Positions 47,910 to 61,800 of a DNA stretch of 64,000 bases are shown here, one piece after another. Source of the stretch: Mobula hypostoma (taxonomy: Eukaryota). Location of the stretch: positions 252,590,001 through 252,654,000 of the forward strand of contig NC_086097.1 of assembly GCF_963921235.1 (NCBI RefSeq), read 5' to 3'. Position numbers and translations under genes: made by a program. Numbering within the stretch: position 1 is the stretch's first letter; every line of letters begins with the position of its first letter. The notes under the pieces are model-generated. The model was not told the origin of the DNA. It saw nothing but the letters and a program-made list of their open reading frames with translations, and did not search any database.

Positions 47910-48850
47910 TCTGTTGATGCTGTTGTGGATAGAGCTAAGGAACTGCAAGGATAAAAAGACCCTGATGGGGTTTTATACAGACCACCAAACAATAGTAAGG
48001 ATGTGGTCTGCAAGTTACAGTAGGAGATAGAAAATGCATGGCAAAAGGGCAATGTTACAATAGTCACGGGGGACTTCAGTATGAGGACAGATTTGGAAGA
48101 TCAGGTTGGTGCTGGATTCCAGGAAAGGGAGTTTCTAGAATGCCTAGGTGATGGCTTTTTAGAGCTGCTCATTCTGAGCCCACTAGGGGATCAGCTGTTC
48201 TGGATTGGGTGATGTGTAATGAACCAGAATTGATTAGAGAGCTTAAGGTAAAAGAACCCTTAGGGGTAAGTAATAATAATATTTTTGAATTTACGCTGAA
48301 ATTTCAGAAGGACAAGCTAAAGTCAGATGTATCAGTATTACAGTGGAGTAAAGGCAATTACAGAAGCGTGAGAGAGAGGAGGTGGCCAGAATTGATTGGA
48401 AAAGAACACTGGCAGGGGTGACGGCAGAACAACAATGGCTGGAGTTTCTGGAAGCAGTTCGGAAGGCACAGGATATATACATCCCAGAGAGAAAGAAGTG
48501 TTCTAAAGGAAAGATTGACACCACCATGAGAAGTCAAAGCCAAAATAAAAGTCAAAGAGATGGCATATAATAGAGCAAAAATTAGTTGTAAGTTGGGGGA
48601 CTGGGAAGCTAACAACTAAAAAGTCATGAAGAAGGTAAAGATGGAATGCGAAAGTAAGCTAGCCAGTATATTAAAGAGTATACCAAAAGTTTCTTCAGAT
48701 ACATGGTGTAAAAGAGAGGTGAGGATGGATATCGGACCACTGGAAAACGATGCCGGAGAGGTAGTAATGGGAGTCAAAGGAATGGTGGCTGAACTAAATA
48801 AGTATTTTGCATTAGTCTTCACTGTGGAAGACACTAGCAGGATGGTGGAA
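47910..48850 (+). mobile_element. CR1 endonuclease/linker fragment
   Basis: LYRPPN, CNEPELIRELKVKEPLG, DIGPLENDAGE. Confidence 0.88.
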
Positions 48851-48851
48851 T

Positions 48852-50349
48852 TTTCAATGATATATATGGCAAGGTAAAAGACCAGGGTTCATCTCAAAAC
48901 TTTGCAATTAGCCAAGGAAAAGGGGGGGGGGATGGGGCCTACCGCCTCTTAGAGATTATTATTTTGCAGCACAGTTGAGAGCTGTGCTATGCTGGTGCAA
49001 CCCACCATATGATGCTCAATGGAAAAACATTGAGGAGAGGATACTTTCCATCCCCATACAGGCAATTTTGGCTGATACCAACCTACAAAGTTACATAAAC
49101 ACTATTGATAACCCATGGGTGAAATGGACTCTTAAAATATGGAAAACTATTATGAAAGCATATAAACTAGAGAGAGACAATGTAATTCTTAAATGGTGTG
49201 CATATGTCTCGGATTTTACGCCAAATAAACTGGATGCTAGATTTAAGGACTGGACAGCTAAAGGAATAATAGTTATTCGCAATATAATGAAAGAAGGAAC
49301 GCTGTTCAGTTTTGAAATGCTCAAAGAGAAACACTTATTAGAAAAACAGGAGTTTTACCGGTATTTACAGATGCGACAGTATGCTAATAGGATGGTTAAA
49401 AATGTAACCAAGGCAAGTACATGTCTGATAGAGCTATTTAGAAAAGCATATAATTCAGACAACAGTAGTAGAATCATTTCAAGTGTGTATAAGGGTTTGT
49501 CAAGTCTTAAAACACATTCGACTTCATACATTAAAACAAAATGGGAGAAGGAAGGAGGGATAATAATATCTGAGGAAGACTGGACAATAATATGGAGGTA
49601 TCAATGGAAGTGTACCAGTTCACAGAAATGGAGCGAGTTCGGGTGGAAAAACTTGATAAGATACTGTATTTTATTACACCCTCTCAGAAATTCCATTAGT
49701 AACCCCCCTGTTTGCTGGAGAAATTGTGGAAATCAAAATGCAAGCCATTATCATATATTCTGGGAATGCCCCATTATCAAAGACTGTTGGAGTGGGATAC
49801 ATAATGTCCTACAAGACATCTTTAAATGTGAAATACTGTTAGAAAGTAAGACCATATATTTTGGGTATATACCTCAAGAATGGTTGAAAAGAGATAAATA
49901 TTTAATGAATATACTGCTGGTGGCTGGTAAATAGACCCTTACCAGGAAATGGTTATCACAGGAGAGCCCAACTTTAAACACATGAATGGAAATTACAATG
50001 GACATTTACAAAACAGAGAAGATAACAGCATCTGTTAATCATAAGTTGGAACAATTTGATTCATACTGGGAAAAATGGTTTAACTACATGACACCTCATA
50101 GGCCTGATTTTATTCTCACAAGTCAATGAATATGGTGTAAAAAGATCACTCCCTACTTGTACATAGATTTCTTCTTTCGATTGTTCTTTCGTTCCTCTCC
50201 TTTCTACAAGTGTATACCTCAGATAAATATTATGTGGAGATCTGTGACAAATATGATTATATGATATATATGTACAGTATCTGAAATACATCTTATGGAA
50301 ATGTTTGTTTAATGATGAACTTCAATAAAAAATAAATTACAAAAAAAAA
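48852..50349 (+). mobile_element. L1/Tx1-clade LINE 3' part (ORF2 C-terminus with CCHC motif, 3'UTR, poly-A)
   Basis: IWQGKRPG..GG.GLP, CWRNCGNQNASHYHIFWECP, aataaaaaataaattacaaaaaaaaa. Confidence 0.9.
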
Positions 50350-50354
50350 GAGAA

Positions 50355-51795
50355 ATGACTGAAAGCACCGGACACTGCGAAGTCTATGGGCCCAGACAAA
50401 ATCCTGGCAATAGTCCTGAAGACTTGTGCTCCAGAACTTTCCCCACCAGTAGCCAAGGTGTTCCAGTACAGCTACAACACCGACATCTACCCGGCAATGT
50501 GGAAAATTGCTCAGCTATGTCCTGTACACAAGAAACAGGACAAGTCCAACCTAGCCAATTACCGCTCTATCAGTCTACTCTCAATCATCAGCAATGCTAT
50601 CATGCAGCACCTACTTGGCATTAACTTGCTTACAGATGCCCAGTTTGGGTTCCTAAAAGCCACTCAGCTCCTGACCTCATCACCTCCCTGCTCCAAACAT
50701 GGACCAAAGAGCTAAATACCAGAGGTGAGGTGAGAGTGATAGCTCTCGACATCAAGGCACCGTTTGACCGAGTATGGCATCAAGGTGCCCTAGCTAAAAT
50801 AGAGTCAATGGGAATTAGGGGGAAAAGCCTCCACTGGTTGGAATCATACCTGACACAAAGGAAGATGGTTGTGGTGGTTAGAGGTCAATTATCACTTCCT
50901 CAGGACATCACTGCAGAAGTTCCTCAGGGAAGTGTCCTAGGACCAACCATCTTCAGCTGCTTCATCAATGACTTTCCTTCTGTCATATGGTCAGAAGTGG
51001 GGATGTTTGCAGATGAGTGCACTATGTTCTGCACCTTTCGTGACTCCTCAGATAGTGAAGCAGTTCATATCCAAATGCAGCAGGACCTGATCAATATCCA
51101 GGCTTGGGCTGACAAGTGGCAAGTAACATTCAAGGCCACACAAGTGCCAGGCAATGACCATCTCCAACAAGAGAGGCTCTAACCATCGTCCCCTTGACAT
51201 TCAGTGGCATCAACATCACTGAATCACCTACTATCAACATCCTGGAGGTTACCATTGTCAGAAAACTGAACTAGTCTAGCCAGATAAACACCGAAACACT
51301 GTGGCTACCAGAACAGGTCAAAGGCTAGGAATCCTGCGGCACCATCCAGTACCAGGCAGCCCACTTGATTGGTACCCCTTCCACAAGCATTCAATCCCTC
51401 CACCATCAACAAACAGCTGCAACAGTGTGTGTACTATCTACAAGATGCACTGCAACAACACACCAAAGTTCCTAAGGCAGCATCTTCCAGAACTACGACC
51501 ACTACCATCTAGAAGGACAAGAACAACAGATACCCGGGAACACCACCACTTGGAAATCCCCCTCCAAGTCACTTACCATCCTGCCTTGGAAACATTTCGC
51601 CGTTCCTTCATTGTCGCTGGGTCAAAATCATGGAATTCCCTCCCTAACAGCACTGTGGGTGTACCTACATCTCAGGGACTGCAGCAGTTCAAGAAGGCAG
51701 CTCATCACCACCTTCTCAAGGGCAACTAGGGATGGGCAATAAATGCTGGCTTAGCTGGCGATGCCCACATCCTGTAAATGAATCAATAAAAAATA
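50355..51795 (+). mobile_element. Distinct CR1/L2-group LINE 3' half (RT plus tail)
   Basis: [51 protein letters not shown]; tail caccaccttctcaagggcaactagggatgggcaataaatgctggc..aataaa. Confidence 0.88.
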
Positions 51796-51799
51796 AAGA

Positions 51800-52670
51800 A
51801 ATTCAACACCATAATTCCCTCCAGACTTGACAGGTAGCTCAGAGACCTTGACCTGCACCCCACCTTGTGCAGCTGGTAAGGATGGGCTCCCTCACCTTTG
51901 CCCCCTGACCCTCAACCCAAGTGCCCCCCAGGGTTGTGTCCTTAGTCCCCTTCTCACGACTGTACCCCCACACACAGCTCCAATCTGCTGATCAAATTCG
52001 CAGATGACACGACTTTGATCAGCCTTATTTCTAGTGGTAATGAGACAGCCTACAGAGGAGAGGTTGACACCCTGACACAGTGGTGCCAGGATAACAATCT
52101 CTCCCTCAATGTCCAAAAAAAAGGGCTGATTGTGGACTACAGGAGGACTGGAGACAGGCTCGGCCTGATCAACATCAATGGGTCTGCAGTTAAGAGGGTG
52201 AATAGTTTCAAGTTCCTCAGAATACACATCACCGATGATCTTACCTAGACGGTAAACACTGGCTTTGTGGCAAAAAAAGCACAACAGTGTCTCTCCCACC
52301 TCAGGCAACTGAAGAAGTTCAGCATGAACCCCAAATCCTCAAGACCTTCTACTGGGGAACCACTGAGAGCATCCTGACTGGTTGTATCACCACCTGGTAC
52401 GGGAACTGAACCAACCTTGATCACTGGGCACTGCTGAGAGTGGTACAGACAGCCCAGAGCATCTGTGGATGTGAACTTCCTTCCACTGAGGACATTTATA
52501 GCAGCAGGTACAGAAAGAAGGCCTGGAAGATCATCAGGGACCCCAGTCATCCCAACCATAAACTGTTTCAGCTGCTTCCGTCTGGTAAACGGTATCGCAG
52601 CATTAAAGTCAGGACCAACAGACTACAGAATAGCTTCTTCCTACAAGCCATTAGACTTTTAAATTCACAT
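51800..52670 (+). mobile_element. Rex1/Babar RT plus C-terminus
   Basis: [45 protein letters not shown]. Confidence 0.88.
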
Positions 52671-52671
52671 T

Positions 52672-52840
52672 GCGACGATTCATTTTGGATCTTCCCCTCC
52701 CCCTCCCACTCTCAAATCTCTCACTAGCTCTTCTTTCAGTTAGTCCTGACGAAGGGACTCGGCCCAAAACGTCAACTGTACCTCTTCCTAGAGATGCTGC
52801 CTGGCCTGCTGCGTTCACCAGCAACTTTGATGTGTGTTGT
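52672..52840 (+). mobile_element. Penelope-like pseudo-LTR with a hammerhead G12-to-A change (52742-52777)
   Basis: agtc-CTGACGA-agggactcggccc-AAAAC-gtc-aact; downstream sequence near-identical to 20990-21050. Confidence 0.85.
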
Positions 52841-55800
52841 GTGAGATAAATAGCAAATGATTTTAATCCTAGCAGTAGGATTGTTGTATAGTACCTGTAT
52901 AGTTTTAATAACTGTGTCATGTAGACCAAATCTATGTAAAACTCTGTAAAGAAAATTCCATTTAACCGAATCAAATGCTTTTTCAGCGTAGATGCTTATC
53001 ACTATTGCTTCAATTTCATTTTTTTTATTTGATCCAATATGTGAAGTGTCCTTCATATATTGTCTTGTGTTTGGCATTGCTGTATAAAACCTGTCTGATC
53101 ATTATGTATCAGTGTGGGTAGAAACTCTTCTAGGGAAGACACGAACAATCTCCCAGATATAATAGTGGCCAAAGGACCTAGGGTAAGAACAGGAGGGCAG
53201 ATTATTATCTAAATGGAGTCAAGTTAGGAAAAGGGGAAGTACAACGAGATCTGCGTGTTCTTGTACATCAGTCACTGAAAGCAAGCATGCAGGTACAGCA
53301 GGCAGTGAAGAAAGCTAATGGCATGCTGGCCTTCATAACAAGGGGAATTGAGTATAAGAGCAAAGAGGTCCTTCTGCAGTTGTACAGGGCCCTGGTGAGA
53401 CCACACCTGGAGTACTGTGTGCAGTTTTGGTCTCCAAATTTGAGGAAGGACATTCTTGCTATTGAGGGAGTGCAGCGTAGGTTCACAAGGTTAATTCCCG
53501 GGATGGCGGGACTGTCATATGTCAAAAGATTGGAGCGACTGGGCTTGTATACTCTGGAATTTAGAAGGCTGAGAGAGGATCTTATTGAAACATATAAGAT
53601 TATTAAGGGATTGGACACGCTGGAGGCAGGAAGCATGTTCCTGCTGATGGGTGAGTCCAGAACCAGAGGCCACAGTTTAAGAATAAGGAGTAGGCCATTT
53701 AGAATGGATTGAGGAAAAACTTTTTCACCCAGAGAGTGGTGGATATATGGTACGCTCTGCCCCAGAAGGCTGTGGAGGCCAATTCTCTGGATGCTTTCAA
53801 GAAAGAGATGGATAGAGCTCTTAAAGATAGCAGAATCAAAGGTTATGGGGATAAGGCAGGAACTGAATACTGATTGTGGATGCTCAGCCATGATCACAGT
53901 GAATGGTGGTGCTGGCTCGAAGGGCCGAATGGTCTACTCCTGCACCTATTGTCTATTGTAATTATTTGGCCACGATGGAGGTAAATATTCTATAATCCAC
54001 ATTAAGAACAGATATTGGTCTAAATGACCCACATTCCATTTTATCCTTGCCTTCTTTCGGTATAGCTGAGATTATCGCCTCCTTCCAGCTGGGTGGCATT
54101 TGCGCTTTTCTTAGAGCCCAGTTCAGTGTGGGGAGTAAAACAGGAATTAACTCACTTCTAAACTCTTTATACCACTCTGCCGTACATCCATCTGATCCTG
54201 GTGACTTGCTTAATTTAAGCCTACTAATTGTAGTTTTTAGTTCAGCTTCAGTTATGTCAGCAGTCATCGTTCTAGTTTGTTCTTCGCTTAAAGTGGGTAA
54301 CTCTAAAGAATTCAGGAAGGTGTCAATCTGGGTTATGCTTCCCGCTGGAACTTTGGAATATAGAGTTTTGTAAAACATTTCAAAAACTTCTTGAATTTCA
54401 CTTGGCTTATTTTTTTTATCGCTTTTGTTCTTGGATCCCTAATTCTATGAATTGTATTTTCTGCTATCTCTTTTTTCACTTTCCACGCCAGTATTTTCAT
54501 TGACTTAGATCCACCTTCATAGTGTCTCTGTTTCAGAAACGTTAAATTTTTTCTAATTTCTTGTGTAACCAAACTATTAATTTCATTCCTAATTTTTAAA
54601 ATTTCCTCTAGTGTATCCTGTGCCAAACTCAATTTGTGTTTTTTTCCTAGTTCCTTCAGCTTATTTTGTAATTCCTCTAATGTTTTCTTCCTTATTTTTT
54701 TATATATGAAGATATCACTATAATTTTCCCTCTTAAGACAGCCTTCAGATTTTCCCATAGAATGGGAGGTGAAACCTTTCCATTATCATTGAATTCTAAG
54801 TAAAGACCAATTTCTTTTTTAATTTGTTCCTTAAAATAGGGATCATTGAGTAGACTTGAATTCAGTTTCCAAATAATATTCTTTGCTTGTAGGTCAAAAT
54901 CAACAGATAAATATATAGGTGCATGGTCACTTGCAATTCCACAGGTGATTATTTTGTCTTTATCTTTTCCAAATGTTATGAAAGAGTCTATTCTTGTATA
55001 TACGGAATTGGGGGGCAGAATAATGAGGGTAATCCCTTCTGTCGGGGAAAAAGTCCCTCCATATATCAATTAGACCAACATCCTCAAAAAGAGTGTTAAC
55101 TTTCTTATGTAAGGACTTTGTTTCATAATTTTTTCTATTGGAAGAGTCTAATTTTGGTTGTAATTGTAAATTTAAGTCTCCCCCACATATCAAAAGACCT
55201 TCTGTTTCTGTTACCATAATATTAGTAATTTTCTGGAAGAAACTAATATCACTTCCTGGGGGTACGTATATATTCAATAAAGTAACTGGATTTCTGTCTA
55301 TATTCCCCCTTATCAGAATATATCTGCCCTCCTTTTCTCCCATTTGGAATACTTTTTCAAAATTTAGCTTGCTTGAGATGAGAATAGCAACTCCTTTTCT
55401 ATGTCCTGATTTATATGAGGAGAAAAACAAATTAGTGAAGCCCATTCTCTTTAATTTTCCATGCTCATTATCACTTAACGTGAGTTTCCTGTAAATATAC
55501 TACATGGGGTTGTTCTTTTTTCATTTTTGATAGAATTTTACCGTGTTTGATTGGATTCAACAGCCCATTGACATTAAAAGAAATGAATTTTACTTTGTCC
55601 TTAGCCGTGTGTATTTATCTGTTAGTAGATCATTGAAATTTGCAGAATATAACTTAATCGATCTACTCCCTGAACAAATAAGAGCCAAGAAACACGAATA
55701 ATAAAAAAAGGTACCGAAGGTGTGATTCCAAGGCTGGGGTCTCTAGATGACCCTCGGTTGGGCTAGAAGGAAAGTCTAGCCGTGGGGGATGGCCCCTCCT

Positions 55801-56250
55801 ACCTGTGGATTGAGGGCCCCCGCTGCAGTACCTATAAAAGTAAGTAAAAAAATCTATGTCCATTACACAGAAACGATTTCCCTGTGTATTCCTCCCTTGT
55901 GTATATTCTCATTTAGGTGGGGAAAAAGGAGTGAATGAATGAATTAAAAAAACTGAGTAATATAAAATCCACATTATAATACGTATTTCTCGACATAGGT
56001 ATATCCCATCTATTTTTGCTTCCGTTTAGTTTATCAGCACTTTTAAAGTTAGCCAAACCTTATGGCTCTTCTGGAGGAGGGACGGGCTAATATCCTTCTC
56101 TCGTCCTCCTCCCGTCCCCTGCTATCTTGGTTCTCTTACTATTTCCCAAGCAGATCGGGATAACTGCTCAGCCAGGCTTTCCCTCAGTCTGACCATGCTA
56201 ATGGGCAACCTTCTGTTCTTCATGTCTGTAGTTGCCTCTTCCACCGCCTG
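52841..56250 (-). mobile_element. L1/Tx1-clade LINE 5' part (ORF1 end, spacer, EN, N-terminal RT), interrupted by a CR1
   Basis: FISFNVNGL, KGVAILIS, GGDLN, SDHAPI, KSPGSDG, SFRPISVLNVDY, AEKAFDSV. Confidence 0.9.
53131..53958 (+). mobile_element. CR1 3' end (family of 41580-45145), internally deleted, nested in L1
   Basis: ORF 53287-53712 is nearly identical to ORF 41674-42243. Confidence 0.92.
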
Positions 56251-56259
56251 ATATAGCTG

Positions 56260-56690
56260 TATCACAGAATCATAGAGAAGTACAGCACAGAAATAGGCTC
56301 TTCAGCCCATTTTATACATGTCGTAAACCATTTCAACTGCCCACTCCCAAAGATCTGCACTGGGACCATAGCCCTCCATACTCCTGCAGTCCATGTACCT
56401 ATTCAAACTTCTCTTAAATGTTGAAATTGAGCTTGCATGCACTACTTGTGCTGGTAGCTCATTCCACACTCTCATGACCTTCTGAGTGAAGAAGTTTCCC
56501 CTAATGTTCCCCTTAAATTTCTCACTTTTCACCCATAACCCATGACCTCTGCTCCCACCCAGCCTCAGTGAAAAAAGCTTGCTTGCATTTACCCTATCTA
56601 TGTCCCTCATAATTTTCTGTAACTCTATCAAATCTCTGCTCAATCTTCTACAATCTAAAGAATACAGTCCTAACCTATTCAATTTTTCCT
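56260..56690 (-). mobile_element. CR1 3' end
   Basis: LGLYSLDCRRLSRDLIE..FFTQKVMRVWNELP. Confidence 0.85.
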
Positions 56691-56699
56691 TAGGTAATG

Positions 56700-57330
56700 C
56701 CAGGTTAACATTTCTATACTATGTTATTCATATTAGTAGTTTTTGTAAAAGCAGTGAATTCTGCAATGTTTTGGTTTTGGATAAAGATAAGGAGCCATGA
56801 TGTTCAACTTAGGAATGTTGTGTCAGCTAATCAGGATGGTGGGATCGGGAAAAAGTTCTGGAGAGAATTGGGCAGGGAGAAAATTGTGATAGACTGGGAT
56901 AGGGTTTGTGGTCTTTTGGTGAGAGATATGGAGAAGAGAAGATCGGGAAGACGCCCGTAGGATTTGATCCGACGGGAAGATGCAATTGCAAGGAGTGCTT
57001 CATGAGACGAAGAGTCCAAGATGGAAGCTGTACTGCTGATTGGTGAAGAGAGTTCAGTGCCGTGAGTAACAGTTTTACCCAGCTTTTGGAAGCAATGAGC
57101 TCCAATGGGCAAGTGCACATTTACATTGGGCTAACTGTAATGGGCACTTGTATTTATTTTTATCTTTCTCTCAATAACTGTTTGATAAAGCTGAAACTGG
57201 TAAAAAATACTTTATTATTCATTTAATGTAGGTGTATGATTTTTACTTTCTTGGCGACTGGTAATACTGTATGGGCAGTATTTATACAGCATTTGCTCAA
57301 ATTGAGATTCCATTAATGGGAACATCCCCA
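56700..57330 (+). mobile_element. Possible LTR-retrotransposon solo-LTR remnant
   Basis: Non-coding purine-rich segment followed by a T-rich U5-like segment with gataaa. No TG..CA ends or TSD found; impression only. Confidence 0.3.
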
Positions 57331-57337
57331 TTTTCCT

Positions 57338-58780
57338 GATAAGTATTCACCCCCTTTTAATATGACACACCAAATCATCACTGGTGCAGCCAATTGGTTT
57401 TAGAAGTCACATAATTAGTCAAATTGTCCTAGCTATATATAAATCTGTATACAGTCAAGGTGTTTCAATTGATTGTAATAAAAATACATCTGTATCTGGA
57501 AGGTCCAACTGCTGGTGAGTCAGTATCCTGGCAAAAACTACACTATGAAGACAAAAGAACACTCTGAGCAACTCTGTGAAAATGCTATTGAAAAGCACAA
57601 GACAGGAGAAACATACAAGAAAATTTCTAAGTCACTGAATATCCCTTGGAGTTCAGTTAAGTCAATCATCAAGAAATGGAAAGAATATGGCACAGCTGTA
57701 AATCTGCCTCGAGCAGGCCGTCCTCAAAAACTGAGTGACTGTACAAGAAAGGGATGAGTGAGGGAGGCCTCCAAAAGACCTATGACAGCTCTGGAGGAGC
57801 TACAAGCTTCAGTGGCTGAGATGGGAGAAGCTGCACGTACAACAAATGTTGCCCGGGTGCTTCACTAGTTGCTGTTTTATGGGAGAGTGGAAAAGAGAAA
57901 GCCAGTTTGAAAAAACCTCACATGAAGTCTCGGCTAGAATTTGCCAGAAGACATATGGGGGACTCTGAAGTCTGCTGGAAGAATGTTCTATGGTTTGATG
58001 AAACCAGAATTGAGATTTTTGGCCAGTAGATTAAATGCTGTGTTTGGCATAAGCTAAACACCACACATCATCAAACACACACTCCCTACCGTGAAACATG
58101 GTGGTGGCTGCATCATGCTGTGGGGATGCTTCACTGTAGCAGGCCCTGGAAGGCTTGTGAAGGTAGAGGGTAAAATGAATGCTGCAAAATACAGGGAAAT
58201 CCTGGAGGAGAACCTGACATAGTCTGCAAGAGAACTGTGACATGAGAGAAGATTTCTTTTCCAGCAAGACAATGATCCCAAACATAAAGCCAAAGCCAAA
58301 AGGAATGGCTTAAAAACAACAAAGTTAATGTCCTGGAGTGGCCGAGTCAGAGTCCAGACCTCAATCTAATTGAGAATTGTGGTTGGACTTGAAAAGGGCT
58401 GTTCCCTCACGATCCACATGCAATATGACAGAACTTGAGCAGTTTTATAAAGAAGAATGTGGAAAAATTGCAGTGTCCAGATGTGAAAGCTGATAGAGAC
58501 CTATCCACACAGACTCAAGGCTGTAATTGCTGCTAAAGGTGCATCTGGTAAATACTGACTTGAAGGGGGCGAATACTTATGCAATCAATTATTTTGTGTT
58601 TAATATTTGTAAGTAACTTAGATCACTTTGCAGAGGCCTGTTTTCACTTTGGCACGAAAGAGTCTTTTTCTGTTGATCAGTGTCAAAGAAAGTCAAATTA
58701 AATCCACTGTGATTCAATGTTGCATGAAACAATAAAGCATGAAAACTTCAAAGTGGGGTGAATAGTTTTTATAGGGACTG
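57338..58780 (+). mobile_element. Tc1 transposon (IR/DR type), decayed transposase about 57546-58558; right TIR intact, left TIR truncated
   Basis: [69 protein letters not shown]; DRs ggggcgaatactt and ggggtgaatagtt; ends ..gactg plus TA. Confidence 0.93.
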
Positions 58781-58884
58781 TAAATTGTTATAAAAAGGCC
58801 TTCTCATCGCTGAGTCACGTAGCTGCTAGCAGAGTTAGTCATTGAGCCAAGTTTGCATGCAAGCCCGGTGAGAGGGTTATATTT

Positions 58885-61800
58885 AGAACTCAGGTCCTTC
58901 AGACCCAACATCATTCTTGTAAATTTTCTGTCCTCTTTCAACCTTGTTTACATCTTTCCTGTAGGTAGGTGACCAACCCTGCACACAATACTCCAAATTA
59001 GGCCTCACCAATGTCTTATACAACTCCAACATAACATCCCATCTTCTGTACTCAATACATTGATTTATGAAGGCTAATGTGCCAAAAGCTTTCTTAATAA
59101 ACCTACCTACCTGTGATGCCACTTCCAACTAATTATGTACTTGTATTCCCAGATCCCTTTGTTCTACCGCACTCCTCAGTGCCCTACCGATCACTGAGTA
59201 AGACCTGCCCAGGCTGGGTCTAGTGAAATGCAAAAAGTCTCACTTGTCTGCATTAAATTTCATCTGCCATTTTTCAGCCCATTTTTCCAGCTGATGCAGA
59301 TCTCCCTGCAAGCCACGATAGCCTTTCTCACTGTCCACTACATCCCCAATCTTGATGCTATCTGCAAATCTGTAGATCTAACATAGAACATAGAATAGTA
59401 CAGTACAGAACAGGCCTTTTGGCCCACAATGTTGTGCCGACCCTTAAACCGTGCCTCCCATATAACACCCCCACCAGAAGTTCCTTCATATACCTCACTA
59501 GTAGTCTCTTAAATTTCACTAGTGTATTTGCCTCCGCCACTGACTCAGGCAGTTCATTCCATGCACCAACCACTCTCTGAGTAAAAAACCTTCCACTAAT
59601 ATCCCCCTTGAACTTCCCACCCCTTACCTTAAAGCCATGTCCTCTTGTATTGAGCAGTGGTGCCCTGGGGAAGAGGCGCTGGCTGTCCACTCTATCTATT
59701 CCCCTTAATATCTTGTATACCACTATTATGTCTCCTCTCATCCTCCTTCTCTCCAAAGAGTAAAGCCCTAGCTCTCTTAATCTCTGATCATAATGCATAC
59801 TCTCTAAACCAGGCAGCATCCTGGTAAATCTCCTCTGTACCCTTTCCAATGCTTCCACATCCTTCCTATAGTGAGGCAACCAGAAATGGACACAGTACTC
59901 CAAGTGTGACCTAACCAGAGTTTTATAGAGCTGCATCACTACCTCGCGACTCTTAAACTCTATTCTCCGACTTAGGAAAGCTAACACTCCATAAGCTTTC
60001 TTAACTACCCTATCTACCTGTGAGGCAACTTGCAGGGATCTGTGGACATGTACCCTCAGATCCCTCTGCTCCTCCACACTACCAAGTATCCTGCCATTTA
60101 CTTTGTACTCTGCCTTGGAGTTTGTCCTTCCAAAGTGTACCACCTCACACTTCTCCGGGTTGAACTCCATCTACCACTTCTCAGCCCACTTCTGCATCCT
60201 ATCAATATCTCTCTGCAATCTTCGGCAATCCTCTACACTATCCACAACACCACCAATCTTTGTGTCATCTGCGAACTTGCCAACCCACCCTTCTACCCCC
60301 ACATCCAGGTCGTTAATAAAAATCACAAAAAGTCGAGGTCCCAGAACAGATCCTTGTGGGACACCACTAGCCACAACCCTCCAATATGAATGTACTCCCT
60401 CCACCACCACCCTCTGCCTTCTGCAGGCAAGCCAATTCTGAATCCACCTGGCCAAACTTCCCTGGATCCCATGCCTTCTGACTTTCTGAATAAGCCTACC
60501 ATGTGGAACCTTGTCAAATGCCTTACTAAAATCCATATAGATCATATCCACTGCACTACCCTCATCTATATGCCTGGTCACCTCCTCAAAGAACTCTATC
60601 AGGCTTGTTAGACACGATCTGCCCTTCACAAAGCCATGCTGACTGTCCCTGATCAGACCATGATTCTCTAAATGCCCATAGATCCTATCTCTAAGGATCC
60701 TTTCCAACAGCTTTCCCACCACAGATGTAAGGCTCACTGGTCTATAATTACCTGGACTATCCCTACTACCTTTTTTGAACAAGGGGACAACATTCACCTC
60801 CCTCCAATCCTCCGGTACCATTCCCATGGACAACGAGGACATAAAGATCCTAGCCAGAGGCTTAGCAATCTCTTCCCTCACCTTGTGGAGCAGCCTGGGG
60901 AATATTCCTTCAGGCCCCAGGGACTTAACAGTCCTAATGTATTTTAGCCACTCCAGCACCTCCTCTCCCTTAATATCAACATGCTCCAGAACATCAACCT
61001 CACTCATATTGTCCTCACCATCATCAAGTTCCCTCTCATTGGTGAATACGGAAGAGAAATATTCATTGAGGTCCTCACTCACTTCCACAGCCTCCAGGCA
61101 CATCTTCCCACCTTTATCTCTAATCGGTCCTACCTTCACTCCTGTTATCCTTTTGTTCTTCACATAATTGAAGAATGCCTTGGGATTTTCCTTTATCCTA
61201 CTCGCCAAGGCCTTCTCATGCCCCCTTCTTGCTCTCTTCAGCCCCTTCTTAAGCTCCTTTCTTGCTACCTTATATTCCTCAATAGACCCATCTGATCCTT
61301 GCTTCCTAAACCTCACATATGCTGCCTTCTTCCACCTGACTAGATTCTCCACCTCACTTGTCACCCATGGTACCTTCACCCTACCATTCTTTATCTTCCT
61401 CAATGGGACAAATTTATCCCTAACATCGTGCAAGAGATCTCTAAACATCGACCACATGTCCATAGTACATTTCCCTGCAAAAACATCATCCCAATTCACA
61501 CCCGTAAGTTCTAGCCTTAGAGCCTCATAATTTGCCCTTCCCCAGTTAAAAATGTTCCTGTCCTCTCTGATTCTATCCTTTTCCATGATAACGCTAAAAG
61601 CCAGGGATCAGTGGTCGCTGTCCCCCAGATGCTCACCCGCTGAGAGATCTGTGACCTGATCTGGTTCATTACCTAATACTAGATCTAGTAGGGCATTCCC
61701 TGTAGTCAGCCTGTCCACATACTGTGACAGGAATCTGTCCTGGACACACTTAACAAACTCTGCCCCATCTAAACCATTGGAACTAATCCGGTGCCAAGCA

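Noticed and set aside
48975..49934. 319-aa ORF as a host gene
   Set aside because: L1-clade ORF2 C-terminus with CCHC motif and poly-A tail
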